Assembly: GCF_021246445.1 (NCBI RefSeq)
Contig: NZ_JAJQXW010000003.1
Location: 186,001-250,000 of the forward strand
Reading direction: 5' to 3'
DNA length: 64,000 bases
Origin: Rhabdothermincola salaria
GTDB taxonomy: Bacteria; Actinomycetota; Acidimicrobiia; Acidimicrobiales; Acidimicrobilacustridaceae
Shown: one piece after another, positions 50,730 to 60,104 of the stretch
Position numbering within the stretch: position 1 is the first letter of the stretch
Layout of the letters: every line of letters begins with the position of its first letter
Notes under the pieces: generated by a model
Database searches by the model: none
Told to the model about the DNA's origin: nothing
What the model saw: the letters and a program-made list of their open reading frames with translations, nothing else
Made by a program: the position numbers and the translations under genes

Positions 50730-51968
50730 ATGGACCCACGCAGGATCGGCCTGACGATGGTTGGCGCGGGCGCGGCCGCCCAGGTGGGCGGGCTGGCGCT
50801 CGACGCCTGGAGCCATGCGGCCGACGGTCGCGGCCCCGACGGCGTGCTCGGGACGCAGGACGTGGGTCACCTGCTCTTCGTCGCCGGTCTCGTCGCCGTC
50901 GGCCTGGGCGCGGTGCTGGCCCTCCTCGGCCCTCGCCTGTACGCCACGACGGGCGACACCGGCCCGGGGCGCCGCCTGGCCCAGTTCGGGGCGCCCGCGG
51001 TGGCGATGGCGCTGGTGGTCGGAGGGCTGGTCGGCGCCGGCTCGTCCAGCCTCGCCGGTGCCCCTGCGTCGAGCTCGCCGGACCCGAACCCGGACCACGA
51101 CCACGACGCCACCACCGTCGCCGCCGAGGCACCGCGCTGCGATCTCGACGTGAACCCGGCGGCCTACTACCGCGAGGCGGTGATGCACGGGGTCGACCTC
51201 AACGGCGGTGCGATCGATCACGATCACGCCGGCGCCGATCCGGCCGCCGGCATCGGTGAGGGCGAGGTCGCCGGGGCCGACCCGGGCCCGACCACCGCCC
51301 CTGCCGAGGACCACGACCACGACGGCCCGCAGGCCTGGACCCCCATCACCGATCCCCAGGTCTGCGAACAGCTGCGCACCGAGCTGGCCGAGGCCTCCGC
51401 GGTGGCGGCCCGCCACCCCACCGCGGCCGACGCCCGCGACGCCGGCTACGTGATGGTCACCACCTACATCCCGGGCATCGCCTCGCACTGGATGAACTTC
51501 GGGCTCGTCGACACCACGTTCGACGTCGGCGCGCCGGAGATGCTGCTCTACGACGGCAACGGCGACGACGCCCAGCTGGTCGGGCTCAGCTACTACCTCA
51601 TCGGCAGCGCCGACACGCCGCCGACGGCCGGCTTCGCCGGCGGCAACACCGACTACCACCGCCACATCGGCCTCTGCGTGCGGGGGTCGTTGGTCGTGGG
51701 CGGCGAGGGCACGTCCAGCGAGGAGTGCGCGGCGCGAGGCGGCATCAAGAACGACGGCTCGAGGGCCTGGATGGCCCACGCCTGGGTGGTGCCCGGGTGC
51801 GAGAGCCCGTGGGGGGTGTTCAGCGCCAAGAACCCCAAGCTCACCGACGAGCTGGGCCGCAACTCCGGCCAGGGGCCGCCGTGCAGCGGCTCGGGCACCG
51901 ACTACGACGACACCCCCGGGGTGCCCGCCGAGCTGGCCCACGTCGTGCTGGGAGCGGACGAGCCCTGA
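50730..51968 (+). CDS. Hypothetical membrane protein with His-rich extracytoplasmic domain
   Basis: Three TMs, three DHDH motifs, SHWM, PEMLLY, HRH, MAHAW, several Cys. Confidence 0.75.
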   Translation: MDPRRIGLTMVGAGAAAQVGGLALDAWSHAADGRGPDGVLGTQDVGHLLFVAGLVAVGLGAVLALLGPRLYATTGDTGPGRRLAQFGAPAVAMALVVGGLVGAGSSSLAGAPASSSPDPNPDHDHDATTVAAEAPRCDLDVNPAAYYREAVMHGVDLNGGAIDHDHAGADPAAGIGEGEVAGADPGPTTAPAEDHDHDGPQAWTPITDPQVCEQLRTELAEASAVAARHPTAADARDAGYVMVTTYIPGIASHWMNFGLVDTTFDVGAPEMLLYDGNGDDAQLVGLSYYLIGSADTPPTAGFAGGNTDYHRHIGLCVRGSLVVGGEGTSSEECAARGGIKNDGSRAWMAHAWVVPGCESPWGVFSAKNPKLTDELGRNSGQGPPCSGSGTDYDDTPGVPAELAHVVLGADEP

Positions 51969-51973
51969 GGTGA

Positions 51974-52429
51974 TCAGGCGCCACCGGGGCCATCGCCGAG
52001 CCAACGGTAGGTGGTCCACCCCTCGAGCGGCCGGGCCCCGAGCTGCTCGTAGAGCTCGATCGAGGGGGTGTTCCAGTCGAGCACCGACCACTCGACCCGT
52101 CCGTCGGTGAGGGATCGGAGGTGGCGCAACAGGGCGAGGCCGTGGCCTCGTCCGCGCGCCTCGGGGCGCACGAAGAGGTCCTCGAGCCAGATGCCGGGGC
52201 GCCCCAGGAAGGTCGAGAAGGTCCGGAACCACAGGGCCATGCCGACCACCCCGCCGTGGGTGTCGTCGCAGGCCAGGGTGACCTGGGCCGCTGGTTGCGG
52301 GCCGAAGAGGTGCTCGTCGAGCTGGTCGAGGGTCCAGACCACGTCGGCGGCCATGTCCTCGTAGTCGGCCAGCGCTCGGATGAGCTCGCCGATGGTGGCG
52401 AGGTCGTCGCGCCGAGCGGGGCGGATCAC
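51974..52429 (-). CDS. GNAT N-acetyltransferase (diamine acetyltransferase-like)
   Basis: FSTFLGRPGIWLEDLFVRPEARGRG and EWSVLDWNTPSI. Confidence 0.92.
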   Translation of the reverse strand: MIRPARRDDLATIGELIRALADYEDMAADVVWTLDQLDEHLFGPQPAAQVTLACDDTHGGVVGMALWFRTFSTFLGRPGIWLEDLFVRPEARGRGHGLALLRHLRSLTDGRVEWSVLDWNTPSIELYEQLGARPLEGWTTYRWLGDGPGGA

Positions 52430-52436
52430 GGCCGTG

Positions 52437-53456
52437 TCAGTCGTCGAGCAGGAGGTGGGCGACGCGCCGGCGGTGCCACGCGGCGTCGCCCCAGGCGGCG
52501 GTGAGCGCCCAGATGCGCTTCAGCCACATGTGCACGTCGTACTCGACGGTGTAGGCGATGGCGCCGTGGCACTGGAGGGCCTGGCGGGCGACGAAGGCGG
52601 CGGCGTCGGAGGCCATGGCCTTGGCCGCCGAGGTGTCGCGCTCGATGGTGGGGAGGTCGTGCGCCAGCGAGTAGGCGGCCCTGGCCACGAGGGGCCGGGC
52701 GAAGGAGAGCTTGAGCTCGCAGTCGGCGAGGTGGTGCTTGACCGCCTGGAAGGTCCCGATCGGCACCCCGAACTGCTTGCGGGCCGCCACGTACTCGACG
52801 GTGACGGCCAACAGGTGCTCGGCCAGGCCCAGCAGTTGCGCCGAGGCGGCGACGGCTCCGCGATCGAAGGCGCGGTTGGCGGCTCGCCAACCGGGTTCAC
52901 CGTCGATGATCAGCGCCTCGTCGGCCACGTCCCAGTCGGCCCGGGACAGGCGGCGGGCCCCGTCGACCGACGTCTCCGGGGTGAGGCGCAGACGATCGGT
53001 GGCCACCGCCACCAACCGGTCGTCACGCTGGGCGATCAGCACGTGGGCCAGCTGGGCGTCGGGGACGAAGGGTTGCCCGGCCAGCGCGACGGTGGCGACG
53101 ACCTCACCCGAGGCGATGCCGGGCAACCAGCGCTGGGCGATGTCGGCGCTGGCGTTCTCGGCCAGCAGGGGGGCGGCCACCGCGGTGGTCTCGAGCAGCG
53201 GGCCGGGGAAGGCGAACCGTCCGGTCTCGGTGAGGATCGGGAGCAGGTCCAGCTCGGAGAGCCCGAAGCCGCCGTGGGCCTCGGGCACGGTGAGGCCGAC
53301 CACCCCCATCTCGGCCAGCGCGGCCCACAGCTCGGGGCGGCGGCCGGTCTCGTCGTCCCAGGCGCCTCGCACGACGTCGGGCGGGCACTCCTTGGCCAGC
53401 AGGTCGGCGACGGCGTCGCGGAACAGCAGCTGGTCGTCGGTGAAGGCGAAGCGCAC
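52437..53456 (-). CDS. Acyl-CoA dehydrogenase, short heteromer subunit (FadE32-like)
   Basis: RKQFGVPIGTFQAVKH and LQCHGAIAYT; lacks the SEP..GSD motif; coupled to the upstream ACAD. Confidence 0.85.
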   Translation of the reverse strand: MRFAFTDDQLLFRDAVADLLAKECPPDVVRGAWDDETGRRPELWAALAEMGVVGLTVPEAHGGFGLSELDLLPILTETGRFAFPGPLLETTAVAAPLLAENASADIAQRWLPGIASGEVVATVALAGQPFVPDAQLAHVLIAQRDDRLVAVATDRLRLTPETSVDGARRLSRADWDVADEALIIDGEPGWRAANRAFDRGAVAASAQLLGLAEHLLAVTVEYVAARKQFGVPIGTFQAVKHHLADCELKLSFARPLVARAAYSLAHDLPTIERDTSAAKAMASDAAAFVARQALQCHGAIAYTVEYDVHMWLKRIWALTAAWGDAAWHRRRVAHLLLDD

Positions 53457-53461
53457 AGCGC

Positions 53462-54658
53462 CTACTTTCGGGGAAGGCCGAGCACGCGCTCGGCGACGAC
53501 GTTGCGTTGGATCTCGTTGGTGCCGGCGTAGATGGGGCCCGACAACGAGAACTGGTAGCCCTTCATCCAGGCCCCGCCGTCGACCGCGCTCGGGGAGTCG
53601 TCGACCAGTTCGGCGGACGGGCCGAGCAGCGCCAGGGCGGTCTCGTGGAGGCGCACGTCGAGCTCGGACCAGAAGATCTTCGTGAGGCTCGAGCGGGCCC
53701 CCTGCGGACGCCCCTCGACGATGCCGGTGACGTCGGCCAGGGTGGCCAGCCGGTACGCCTCGGCGTCGATCCAGGACTGGGCCACGTCCTCCCGCAGCGC
53801 CGGATCACCGGCCGCCACCGCGGCGGGGTCGCCCGACGCAGCCAGCGCCGAGCGGCGCTTCCACAGGTCGACCAGGCGGTCGGCGGCGGCACAGAACCGA
53901 CCGGGCGAGCGCAGCGTGAGACCCCGCTCGGACGAGGTGGTGGCCATGGCCACGCCCCAGCCCTGGTCGACCTCGCCGAGCACCAGGTCGTCGGCGACGA
54001 ACACGTCGTCGAAGAAGACCTCGGCGAAGCCCTCGTCGCCGTCGAGTCGCCCGACCCCCCGCACGGTGACCCCGTCGGCGTCGAGGGGCACCATGAGGTA
54101 CGTCATGCCCTTGTGGCGCTCGGCCTCGGGGTCGGTGCGGAACAGCCCGAACAGCCAGTTGCAGAACGCGCCGCGGGTGGTCCAGGTCTTCTGCCCGGAG
54201 ATGCGCCACCCGCCGGCGGCGTCGTCACGCACGGCGCGGCTCTTGATGCCGGCCAGGTCCGAGCCGGCGTCGGGCTCCGACCACCCCTGGCACCAGAGGT
54301 CGTCGGCCGCGGCCATGGCCGGCAGGAACCGGGACTTCTGCGCGTCGGTGCCGAACTCGAAGATGGTGGGGGCCAGCAAGAAGATGCCGTTCTGGGTGAC
54401 CCGCTGCGGGGCACCGGCGCGGTAGTACTCCTCTTCGAAGATCAACCACTCCCACAGCGTGGCGCCCCGTCCGCCGTACTCCTCGGGCCACGACACCACT
54501 GACCAGCGGGCGTCGAAGAGCTTCTTCTCCCACTCGACGTGGAGGTCGAAACCCTCGCGGGTGTCACCCGACGGAAGGCCGTGGGGCACGTTGGCCTCGA
54601 GCCACGCTCGAGCCTCGGCCCGGAAGGCCTCCTCGGCGTCGGTGAAGTTCAGGTCCAT
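53462..54658 (-). CDS. Acyl-CoA dehydrogenase (FadE31-like)
   Basis: WLIFEEEYYRAGAP, WSEPDAGSDLA, ERGLTLRSPGRF, IYAGTNEIQR. Confidence 0.9.
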   Translation of the reverse strand: MDLNFTDAEEAFRAEARAWLEANVPHGLPSGDTREGFDLHVEWEKKLFDARWSVVSWPEEYGGRGATLWEWLIFEEEYYRAGAPQRVTQNGIFLLAPTIFEFGTDAQKSRFLPAMAAADDLWCQGWSEPDAGSDLAGIKSRAVRDDAAGGWRISGQKTWTTRGAFCNWLFGLFRTDPEAERHKGMTYLMVPLDADGVTVRGVGRLDGDEGFAEVFFDDVFVADDLVLGEVDQGWGVAMATTSSERGLTLRSPGRFCAAADRLVDLWKRRSALAASGDPAAVAAGDPALREDVAQSWIDAEAYRLATLADVTGIVEGRPQGARSSLTKIFWSELDVRLHETALALLGPSAELVDDSPSAVDGGAWMKGYQFSLSGPIYAGTNEIQRNVVAERVLGLPRK

Positions 54659-54716
54659 GGCGCGCTCCGCTGGGTGTCGCAGTCCCTCGTGGGGTCATCG
54701 GCGATCGTAGGGCACC

Positions 54717-54735
54717 ATCTGACGAACGGTCAGAT
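54717..54735. promoter_or_regulatory. Palindromic operator 1
   Basis: ATCTGAC-GAACG-GTCAGAT. Confidence 0.65.
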
Positions 54736-54782
54736 CCCACGGGCACTCGGCGGGCACCCGGCCCGGTGTGCGATCCGTCACG

Positions 54783-54801
54783 ACCTGACGGGTCGTCAGG
54801 T
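54783..54801. promoter_or_regulatory. Palindromic operator 2 (overlaps the likely -35; TACACT -10 at 54809-54814)
   Basis: ACCTGAC-GGGTC-GTCAGGT. Confidence 0.65.
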
Positions 54802-54887
54802 TTTCTCCTACACTGTGGTCCACGCCCGGGACGGCCCTCACCGGCCCCCCGTACGGCCCCGGCCACCGACACGAACCAGGAGACCCC

Positions 54888-56132
54888 GTGACGCTCACCG
54901 CCCCCGAGCCCACCGCCACCGAGAGCACCCGCACCATCCCCCGGTTCGTCAGCGTCGACGACCACATCATCGAGCCCGCCGGGGTGTGGCAGGACCGCCT
55001 GCCCGAGAAGTACAAGGCCGTGGGCCCCCGCCTCGAACGCCTGCGGGTGGCCAACCTGCAGTTCAACGGCATGCAGTACAGCTTCGACATCGTCGACGGG
55101 GACTCCGCCGAGGGGAAGTGGGCCGATTTCTGGTGCTACGAGGACCTCAAGGTCCCCATGCGGCGCATCATCACCGCCGTCGGGTTCCCCCCCGAAGAGC
55201 GCACGTTGCTGCCCGTGACCTACGAAGAGATGCGCAAGGGCTGCTGGGACCAGACCGCTCGCCTCGAGGACATGGACGTCAACCACACCGAGGCGTCGCT
55301 CTGCTTCCCGACCTTCCCCCGCTTCTGCGGGCAGACGTTCACCGAGGCCAAGGACCGCGAGCTCGCTCTGCTGTGCGTCAAGGCCTACAACGACTGGATG
55401 GTCGAGGAGTGGTGCGGTGGTGCCGGCCAGGGCCGCCTCATCCCGTTGATCATCGTGCCCCTGTGGGATGCCGACCTCGCCGCCGAGGAGGTCCGCCGCA
55501 ACGCCGCTCGCGGCGTGCGCGCCGTCACCTTCTCGGAGATCCCGCCGTTCCTCGACCTGCCGAGCATCCACACCGGCTACTGGGACCCGTTCTTCCAGGC
55601 CTGCGCCGAGACCGACACCGTCATCAACATGCACATCGGCTCGTCGTCGCGCATGCCGGCCACCTCACCCGACGCGCCCGCCGGCGTGCAGGCCACCCTC
55701 AGCTTCAACAACGCCATGGGCTCGCTGGCCGACTGGATCTTCTCCGGCATCCTCGTGCGCTACCCCACGCTGAAGCTGGCCTACTCCGAGGGCCAGATGG
55801 GCTGGATCCCCTACGCCCTCGAGCGCGCCGACAGCGTGTGGAGGGAGTTCCGGGGCTGGGCCTTCGACAAGGAGGCCGTGCCGGAGCCGCCGTCCTTCTA
55901 CTTCAAGCGCCAGGTGTTCGCCTGCTTCTTCCGCGACAACTTCGGGCTCAAGAACCTCACCGACGTCGGCGTGGACAACGTGACCTTCGAGACCGACTAC
56001 CCCCACTCGGACTCCACCTGGCCCGACACCAAGCAGGTCTTCACCGACATGGTGACCGACCTCTCCGACGAGGACGTCTACAAGCTGGCCCGCGGCAACG
56101 CCATCCGCATGCTGAGCCTCGATCTCGACTGA
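54888..56132 (+). CDS. Amidohydrolase_2 family protein
   Basis: SVDDHIIEP, AYNDW, MHIG, ETDYPHSD. Confidence 0.92.
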   Translation: MTLTAPEPTATESTRTIPRFVSVDDHIIEPAGVWQDRLPEKYKAVGPRLERLRVANLQFNGMQYSFDIVDGDSAEGKWADFWCYEDLKVPMRRIITAVGFPPEERTLLPVTYEEMRKGCWDQTARLEDMDVNHTEASLCFPTFPRFCGQTFTEAKDRELALLCVKAYNDWMVEEWCGGAGQGRLIPLIIVPLWDADLAAEEVRRNAARGVRAVTFSEIPPFLDLPSIHTGYWDPFFQACAETDTVINMHIGSSSRMPATSPDAPAGVQATLSFNNAMGSLADWIFSGILVRYPTLKLAYSEGQMGWIPYALERADSVWREFRGWAFDKEAVPEPPSFYFKRQVFACFFRDNFGLKNLTDVGVDNVTFETDYPHSDSTWPDTKQVFTDMVTDLSDEDVYKLARGNAIRMLSLDLD

Positions 56133-56275
56133 GACGACCCTCGGCCGGGCGAACCGGCGGTGGGCGATCGCCGCCCTGGCGACCCCTCATGTCGGTTGCG
56201 ACGACGATGGCCCGGCGACGTCTGCCGGGCCATCGTCGCGGGTAGGCACCGCAACGGCGTTGGAGGGCGCCGCCC

Positions 56276-57592
56276 ATGCGGCTCATCACATCGGCAGTGC
56301 TCTGGATCTCGCTGTACCTGGCCCTGGCCGTGGCGCCGCTGCTCTTCGCCCTGCTCGCCGACCCTCCCCCGGCGCGAGCGTTCTGGACCGAGCTGTCGGT
56401 CGCCTTCGGGTTCGTCGGGCTGGCCCTGCTCGGACTGCAGTTCGCCGTCAGCGCCCGCTCCAACGGCGTGGACGCCCCCTACGGCCACGACGTGGTCCTG
56501 CGCTTCCATCGCCAGATCTCCATGGTGGCGCTGGGTCTGGTGCTGGCTCATCCCATCATCCTCTTCGTCACCGACGCCGCCCCCTGGGGCCTGCTCAACG
56601 TGTTCGACGCACCGTGGAGGGCCCGCTTCGGCGTGCTCTCCGTGCTGGCTCTGCTCGCCATCGTGGCCACCTCGCTGTGGCGGCTCCAGCTGCGCCTGTC
56701 CTATGAGGTGTGGCGGCTCAGCCACGACCTGCTCGCCGTCGTGATCATGGTGGCCGCCCTGCTCCACGTGGAGCTGGTGGGCCACTACGTGGCCGGCACC
56801 TGGCGACAGGTGCTGTGGGCGGTCATGTCGCTCGGCATCCTCGGTGTGCTCGCCTGGATCCGTCTGATCAAGCCGCTGGCCATGCGGCGTCGCCCCTGGG
56901 TGGTGGACGAGGTCGTCGAGCGGGCCGACGACGTGTGGTCGTTGCGCCTGCGTCCCGTCGGTCACGACGGCCTTCGCTTCGACCCCGGCCAGTTCGCCTG
57001 GATCACGGTCGGCCGCTCGCCGCTGCGGGTCACCGAGCATCCCTTCTCGATGTCGTCGAGCGCCGAGGAGCCCGATCTGTTGGAGTTCACCATCAAGGCC
57101 GCGGGCGACTTCACCTCGACGGTCGGCGAGATCCAGCCCGGCACGCGCGTGTTCGTCGACGGCCCCTACGGCGTCTTCACCCCCATCCGCAACGAAGGCG
57201 CCGGCTTCCTGTTCGTCGCCGGCGGCATCGGCGTCACGCCGATCATGAGCATCCTGCGCACCCTCGCCGACCTGGGCGATCGCCGGCGCATGACCCTCGT
57301 CTACGCCAACCAGACGTGGGACGACGTGGCCTTCGCCGACGAGCTCGCCGATCTCGAGCAGCGCCTGGAGCTGCGCGTCGTGCACGTCCTGGCCGAACCC
57401 GACGAGGACTGGGAAGGTGAAGCCGGCTTCGTCACCCACGAGATCCTCGAGCCCAACCTCCCCGAGCGTCCCGACCGGGTGCGGTGCTTCCTCTGCGGAC
57501 CGGCGCCGATGATGGACGCGGTCACCCACGATCTGCTCGCCCTCGGTCTGGACCTCGAACAGATCCACAACGAGGAGTTCGTCTTCGCATGA
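56276..57592 (+). CDS. Ferric-reductase-like TM domain + FNR-type FAD/NAD oxidoreductase
   Basis: Heme-ligand His residues in TMs, EHPFSMSS, DGPYG, GGIGVTP, CGP. Confidence 0.9.
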   Translation: MRLITSAVLWISLYLALAVAPLLFALLADPPPARAFWTELSVAFGFVGLALLGLQFAVSARSNGVDAPYGHDVVLRFHRQISMVALGLVLAHPIILFVTDAAPWGLLNVFDAPWRARFGVLSVLALLAIVATSLWRLQLRLSYEVWRLSHDLLAVVIMVAALLHVELVGHYVAGTWRQVLWAVMSLGILGVLAWIRLIKPLAMRRRPWVVDEVVERADDVWSLRLRPVGHDGLRFDPGQFAWITVGRSPLRVTEHPFSMSSSAEEPDLLEFTIKAAGDFTSTVGEIQPGTRVFVDGPYGVFTPIRNEGAGFLFVAGGIGVTPIMSILRTLADLGDRRRMTLVYANQTWDDVAFADELADLEQRLELRVVHVLAEPDEDWEGEAGFVTHEILEPNLPERPDRVRCFLCGPAPMMDAVTHDLLALGLDLEQIHNEEFVFA

Positions 57593-57605
57593 GGGAGAGT
57601 CCGCG

Positions 57606-57692
57606 ATGAGGGCACAGCTGACGACCCGGGTGGTGGTGGCGATCACCGTCGTGGTGATCGCCGCATCGGTGCTCTTCGCCCTCGTGCGGTGA
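57606..57692 (+). CDS. Small membrane peptide, 28 aa
   Basis: GAGGGAG RBS then MRAQLTTRVVVAITVVVIAASVLFALVR*; high-GC codon usage. Confidence 0.55.
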   Translation: MRAQLTTRVVVAITVVVIAASVLFALVR

Positions 57693-57741
57693 GTGCACCG
57701 GACCGGAGGGGCGAGACGCCGGGCGCCGGGTACCGTGCCAC

Positions 57742-58348
57742 CGTGGCCCGACGATCCGACACTGCGCGCCCTCGTCGTCGACGGGGCGTCATGCGTCACT
57801 ACGAGCGGCCCCTGCACCGGGATCGGCTCTTCCTCCTCGTCGCCGCGTCCTCGGTGCTGGTCACGGTGGTGTTCGTGGCGTTGGTGGTGCTGCTGACCGG
57901 GCTGCCCGACCAGCCGCTGGACTGGCTGCGTCCGGCGGTGCTCGGCCTGCTCGTGGCACTGCTGTCGTTCCGCCTGCTCGGCATGGGGGTCACGTCGTCG
58001 CGGACCTTCCAGGAGGGCCTGCGCGGCACATCCGGCGAGCACCGTGGCGCGCCCGGGGGCGACGCGCCGGTGCCTCACGACTTCGAGGCGACGGGCCGGG
58101 CCGCCGGCGCGGTCGTGGGCCAGGCGCTGCGCGCCACCCGGGCGGCCCGTACCCCTTCGGCTGCCCCTGACCCCGGCCACGCCACCGAGCCGGGGAGCCC
58201 CGCGGAGACCACGCCCACGGCCTCCGCCGACAACGCGCCCGCCACCCCGGCGGCGACCCCACCGAGGGTCGACGCGACCGCCCGCGTGGCAGGCGCCATG
58301 CTGGGCCGCCGGCTGGCGGAGCGACGACGACGACACGAGGAGGGCTGA
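57742..58348 (+). CDS. Hypothetical two-TM protein
   Basis: TACCGT -10 box 6 nt before GTG 57742; TGATG overlap with the SDR gene. Confidence 0.6.
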
Positions 58349-59094
58349 TGGACCTGGGACTCGTCGGCAAGCGAGCGGTCGTGGCCGGGGCGTCCTCCGG
58401 CCTGGGGCTGGCCTGTGCCCGGGCCCTGGCCGCCGAAGGGGCCCGGGTCGTCGTCGGGGGACGGTCCGAGCAGCGCCTCGGAGACGCCGTAGCCGCCAGC
58501 GACGGGGCGCTCACCGGCGTTGTCGGCGACGTGGGCACGCCCGACGGCGCCACCCAGTGGGCGCTCGATGCGGCGGCGACCCTCGGCGGGGTCGACATCG
58601 TCGTCCCCAACGCCGGGGGACCCCCGCCCGGCACGTTCGCCAGCACCGACCTCGACGCCTACGCCCCGGCGCTCGACCTCAACCTGTTGTCGACCGTGGC
58701 CATGTGCAAGGCGCTGGTCCCGTCGATGCAACAACGTGGTTGGGGGCGGGTGGTGGCCATCACGTCGGTGGCCGTGCGCCAACCCGTCGCCGAGCTCATC
58801 TTGTCCAACACGGCCCGGGCCGGGGTGACCGGCTTCCTCAAGACCCTCGCCCTCGAGGTGGCCTCCGACGGGGTCACCGTGAACTCGGTGCTACCGGGCC
58901 TCCACGACACCGATCGCCTCCGTGCCCTGCGCGGCGGCGACACCGCCGGGCTCGGCGCCACCGTCCCGGTGGGCGAGGTCGGCCGCCCCGAGGACTTCGG
59001 CGCCGTGGTCGCGTTCTTGTGCAGCGAGCACGCCCGTCACATCACGGGCCACGCCCTGCCCGTCGACGGCGGGGCGGTACAGGGTCTGCTCTGA
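58348..59094 (+). CDS. SDR oxidoreductase (3-oxoacyl-ACP reductase-like)
   Basis: MDLGL..GASSGLG, NAGGPPPG, LSNTARAG. Confidence 0.92.
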   Translation: MDLGLVGKRAVVAGASSGLGLACARALAAEGARVVVGGRSEQRLGDAVAASDGALTGVVGDVGTPDGATQWALDAAATLGGVDIVVPNAGGPPPGTFASTDLDAYAPALDLNLLSTVAMCKALVPSMQQRGWGRVVAITSVAVRQPVAELILSNTARAGVTGFLKTLALEVASDGVTVNSVLPGLHDTDRLRALRGGDTAGLGATVPVGEVGRPEDFGAVVAFLCSEHARHITGHALPVDGGAVQGLL

Positions 59095-59098
59095 GGCG

Positions 59099-60037
59099 TC
59101 AGGGGCCGCGGGCGTCGCCTCGGTCGTGCTCCTGCGCCCGACCTCCGACGGCCGTGCCGTCCGGCTCGTCGTGGAGGTCGCCCCCGGCCGACGCCTGGTC
59201 CGCCTCGTGCCCGAAGGCCGCCAGCAGCTGCCGGGCCACCCCCTGGGCCCGCTGGTCCCGGGCCACGAGCACCGAGCACAGCTCGCGGCGGTCGGGGCCG
59301 ACCCCGCCGCGGGCCACGCCCACCACCTCGCCTCGCCGCCGGGCGGTGACGACGACCGGCCGGCATCCCGCCGGGACCGCGGTGGCCGCCGAGTGTGGCT
59401 CGTCGTCGGGCCACTCCCCCGATTCGAACGCAGCGGCCTCTGGATCGAGGAGAGACGAGACGACCAGCTCGAGCTCCACCCCACCCCGCCCCACGACACG
59501 GCGCGGGCCGAAGGGCACATCGGCCACGGGGACCCAGCGGCGGTGGGCGTCGCCGTGGCGTTGCTCCTGGAGGAGGTGGACCCGGTCGAAGGGCACCTCG
59601 ACCACGTAGTCGGACAGGGCGACGAGGGCGGCCGCCCGGCGATCGTCGAGGGCGTCGTCGGCCAGGGTGACGTGGGGTTCGAAACCGAAGGTCAAGGTCC
59701 GCTCGAGGGGACCGACGAACACGTCGTCGCGCAGTCGGCGCACGATCTCGCCGCCCTCGTCCTCGTGCACGCCGAGGTGCACCGTGGCGGTGGCGGGGGC
59801 GAAGGTCGTGGGCGGTCCGAGGCGCGCCACGAACGGCGAGTGCCGGGCGGCCGCCTGCCGCAGTACGGCGAGGGCCTCGGGGAGGTCCTCGACCCGCACG
59901 TTGACCGGCGGCACGAGCGTGAGGTGGGGAGGAACCCTCTCGAGGGCGCCGTCGCCGAGCGCGCGCCGCAACCCGTCGATCTCCGAGTCGAGGGGGGCGG
60001 GCACCAACAGCGCCACCCCGAGGCGCAGCCGAGGCAC
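59099..60037 (-). CDS. 2H phosphoesterase (2'-5' RNA ligase-like) fused to a partial GNAT domain
   Basis: PHLTL and PHVTL motifs; C-terminal VLVARDQRAQGVARQLL. Confidence 0.8.
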   Translation of the reverse strand: MPRLRLGVALLVPAPLDSEIDGLRRALGDGALERVPPHLTLVPPVNVRVEDLPEALAVLRQAAARHSPFVARLGPPTTFAPATATVHLGVHEDEGGEIVRRLRDDVFVGPLERTLTFGFEPHVTLADDALDDRRAAALVALSDYVVEVPFDRVHLLQEQRHGDAHRRWVPVADVPFGPRRVVGRGGVELELVVSSLLDPEAAAFESGEWPDDEPHSAATAVPAGCRPVVVTARRRGEVVGVARGGVGPDRRELCSVLVARDQRAQGVARQLLAAFGHEADQASAGGDLHDEPDGTAVGGRAQEHDRGDARGP

Positions 60038-60104
60038 GGACGCCACCGTAGCGACGGGTCGCCGCGATCACCGGCCCTGCCGCCAGGGCAGGGCAGAATG
60101 GGCC

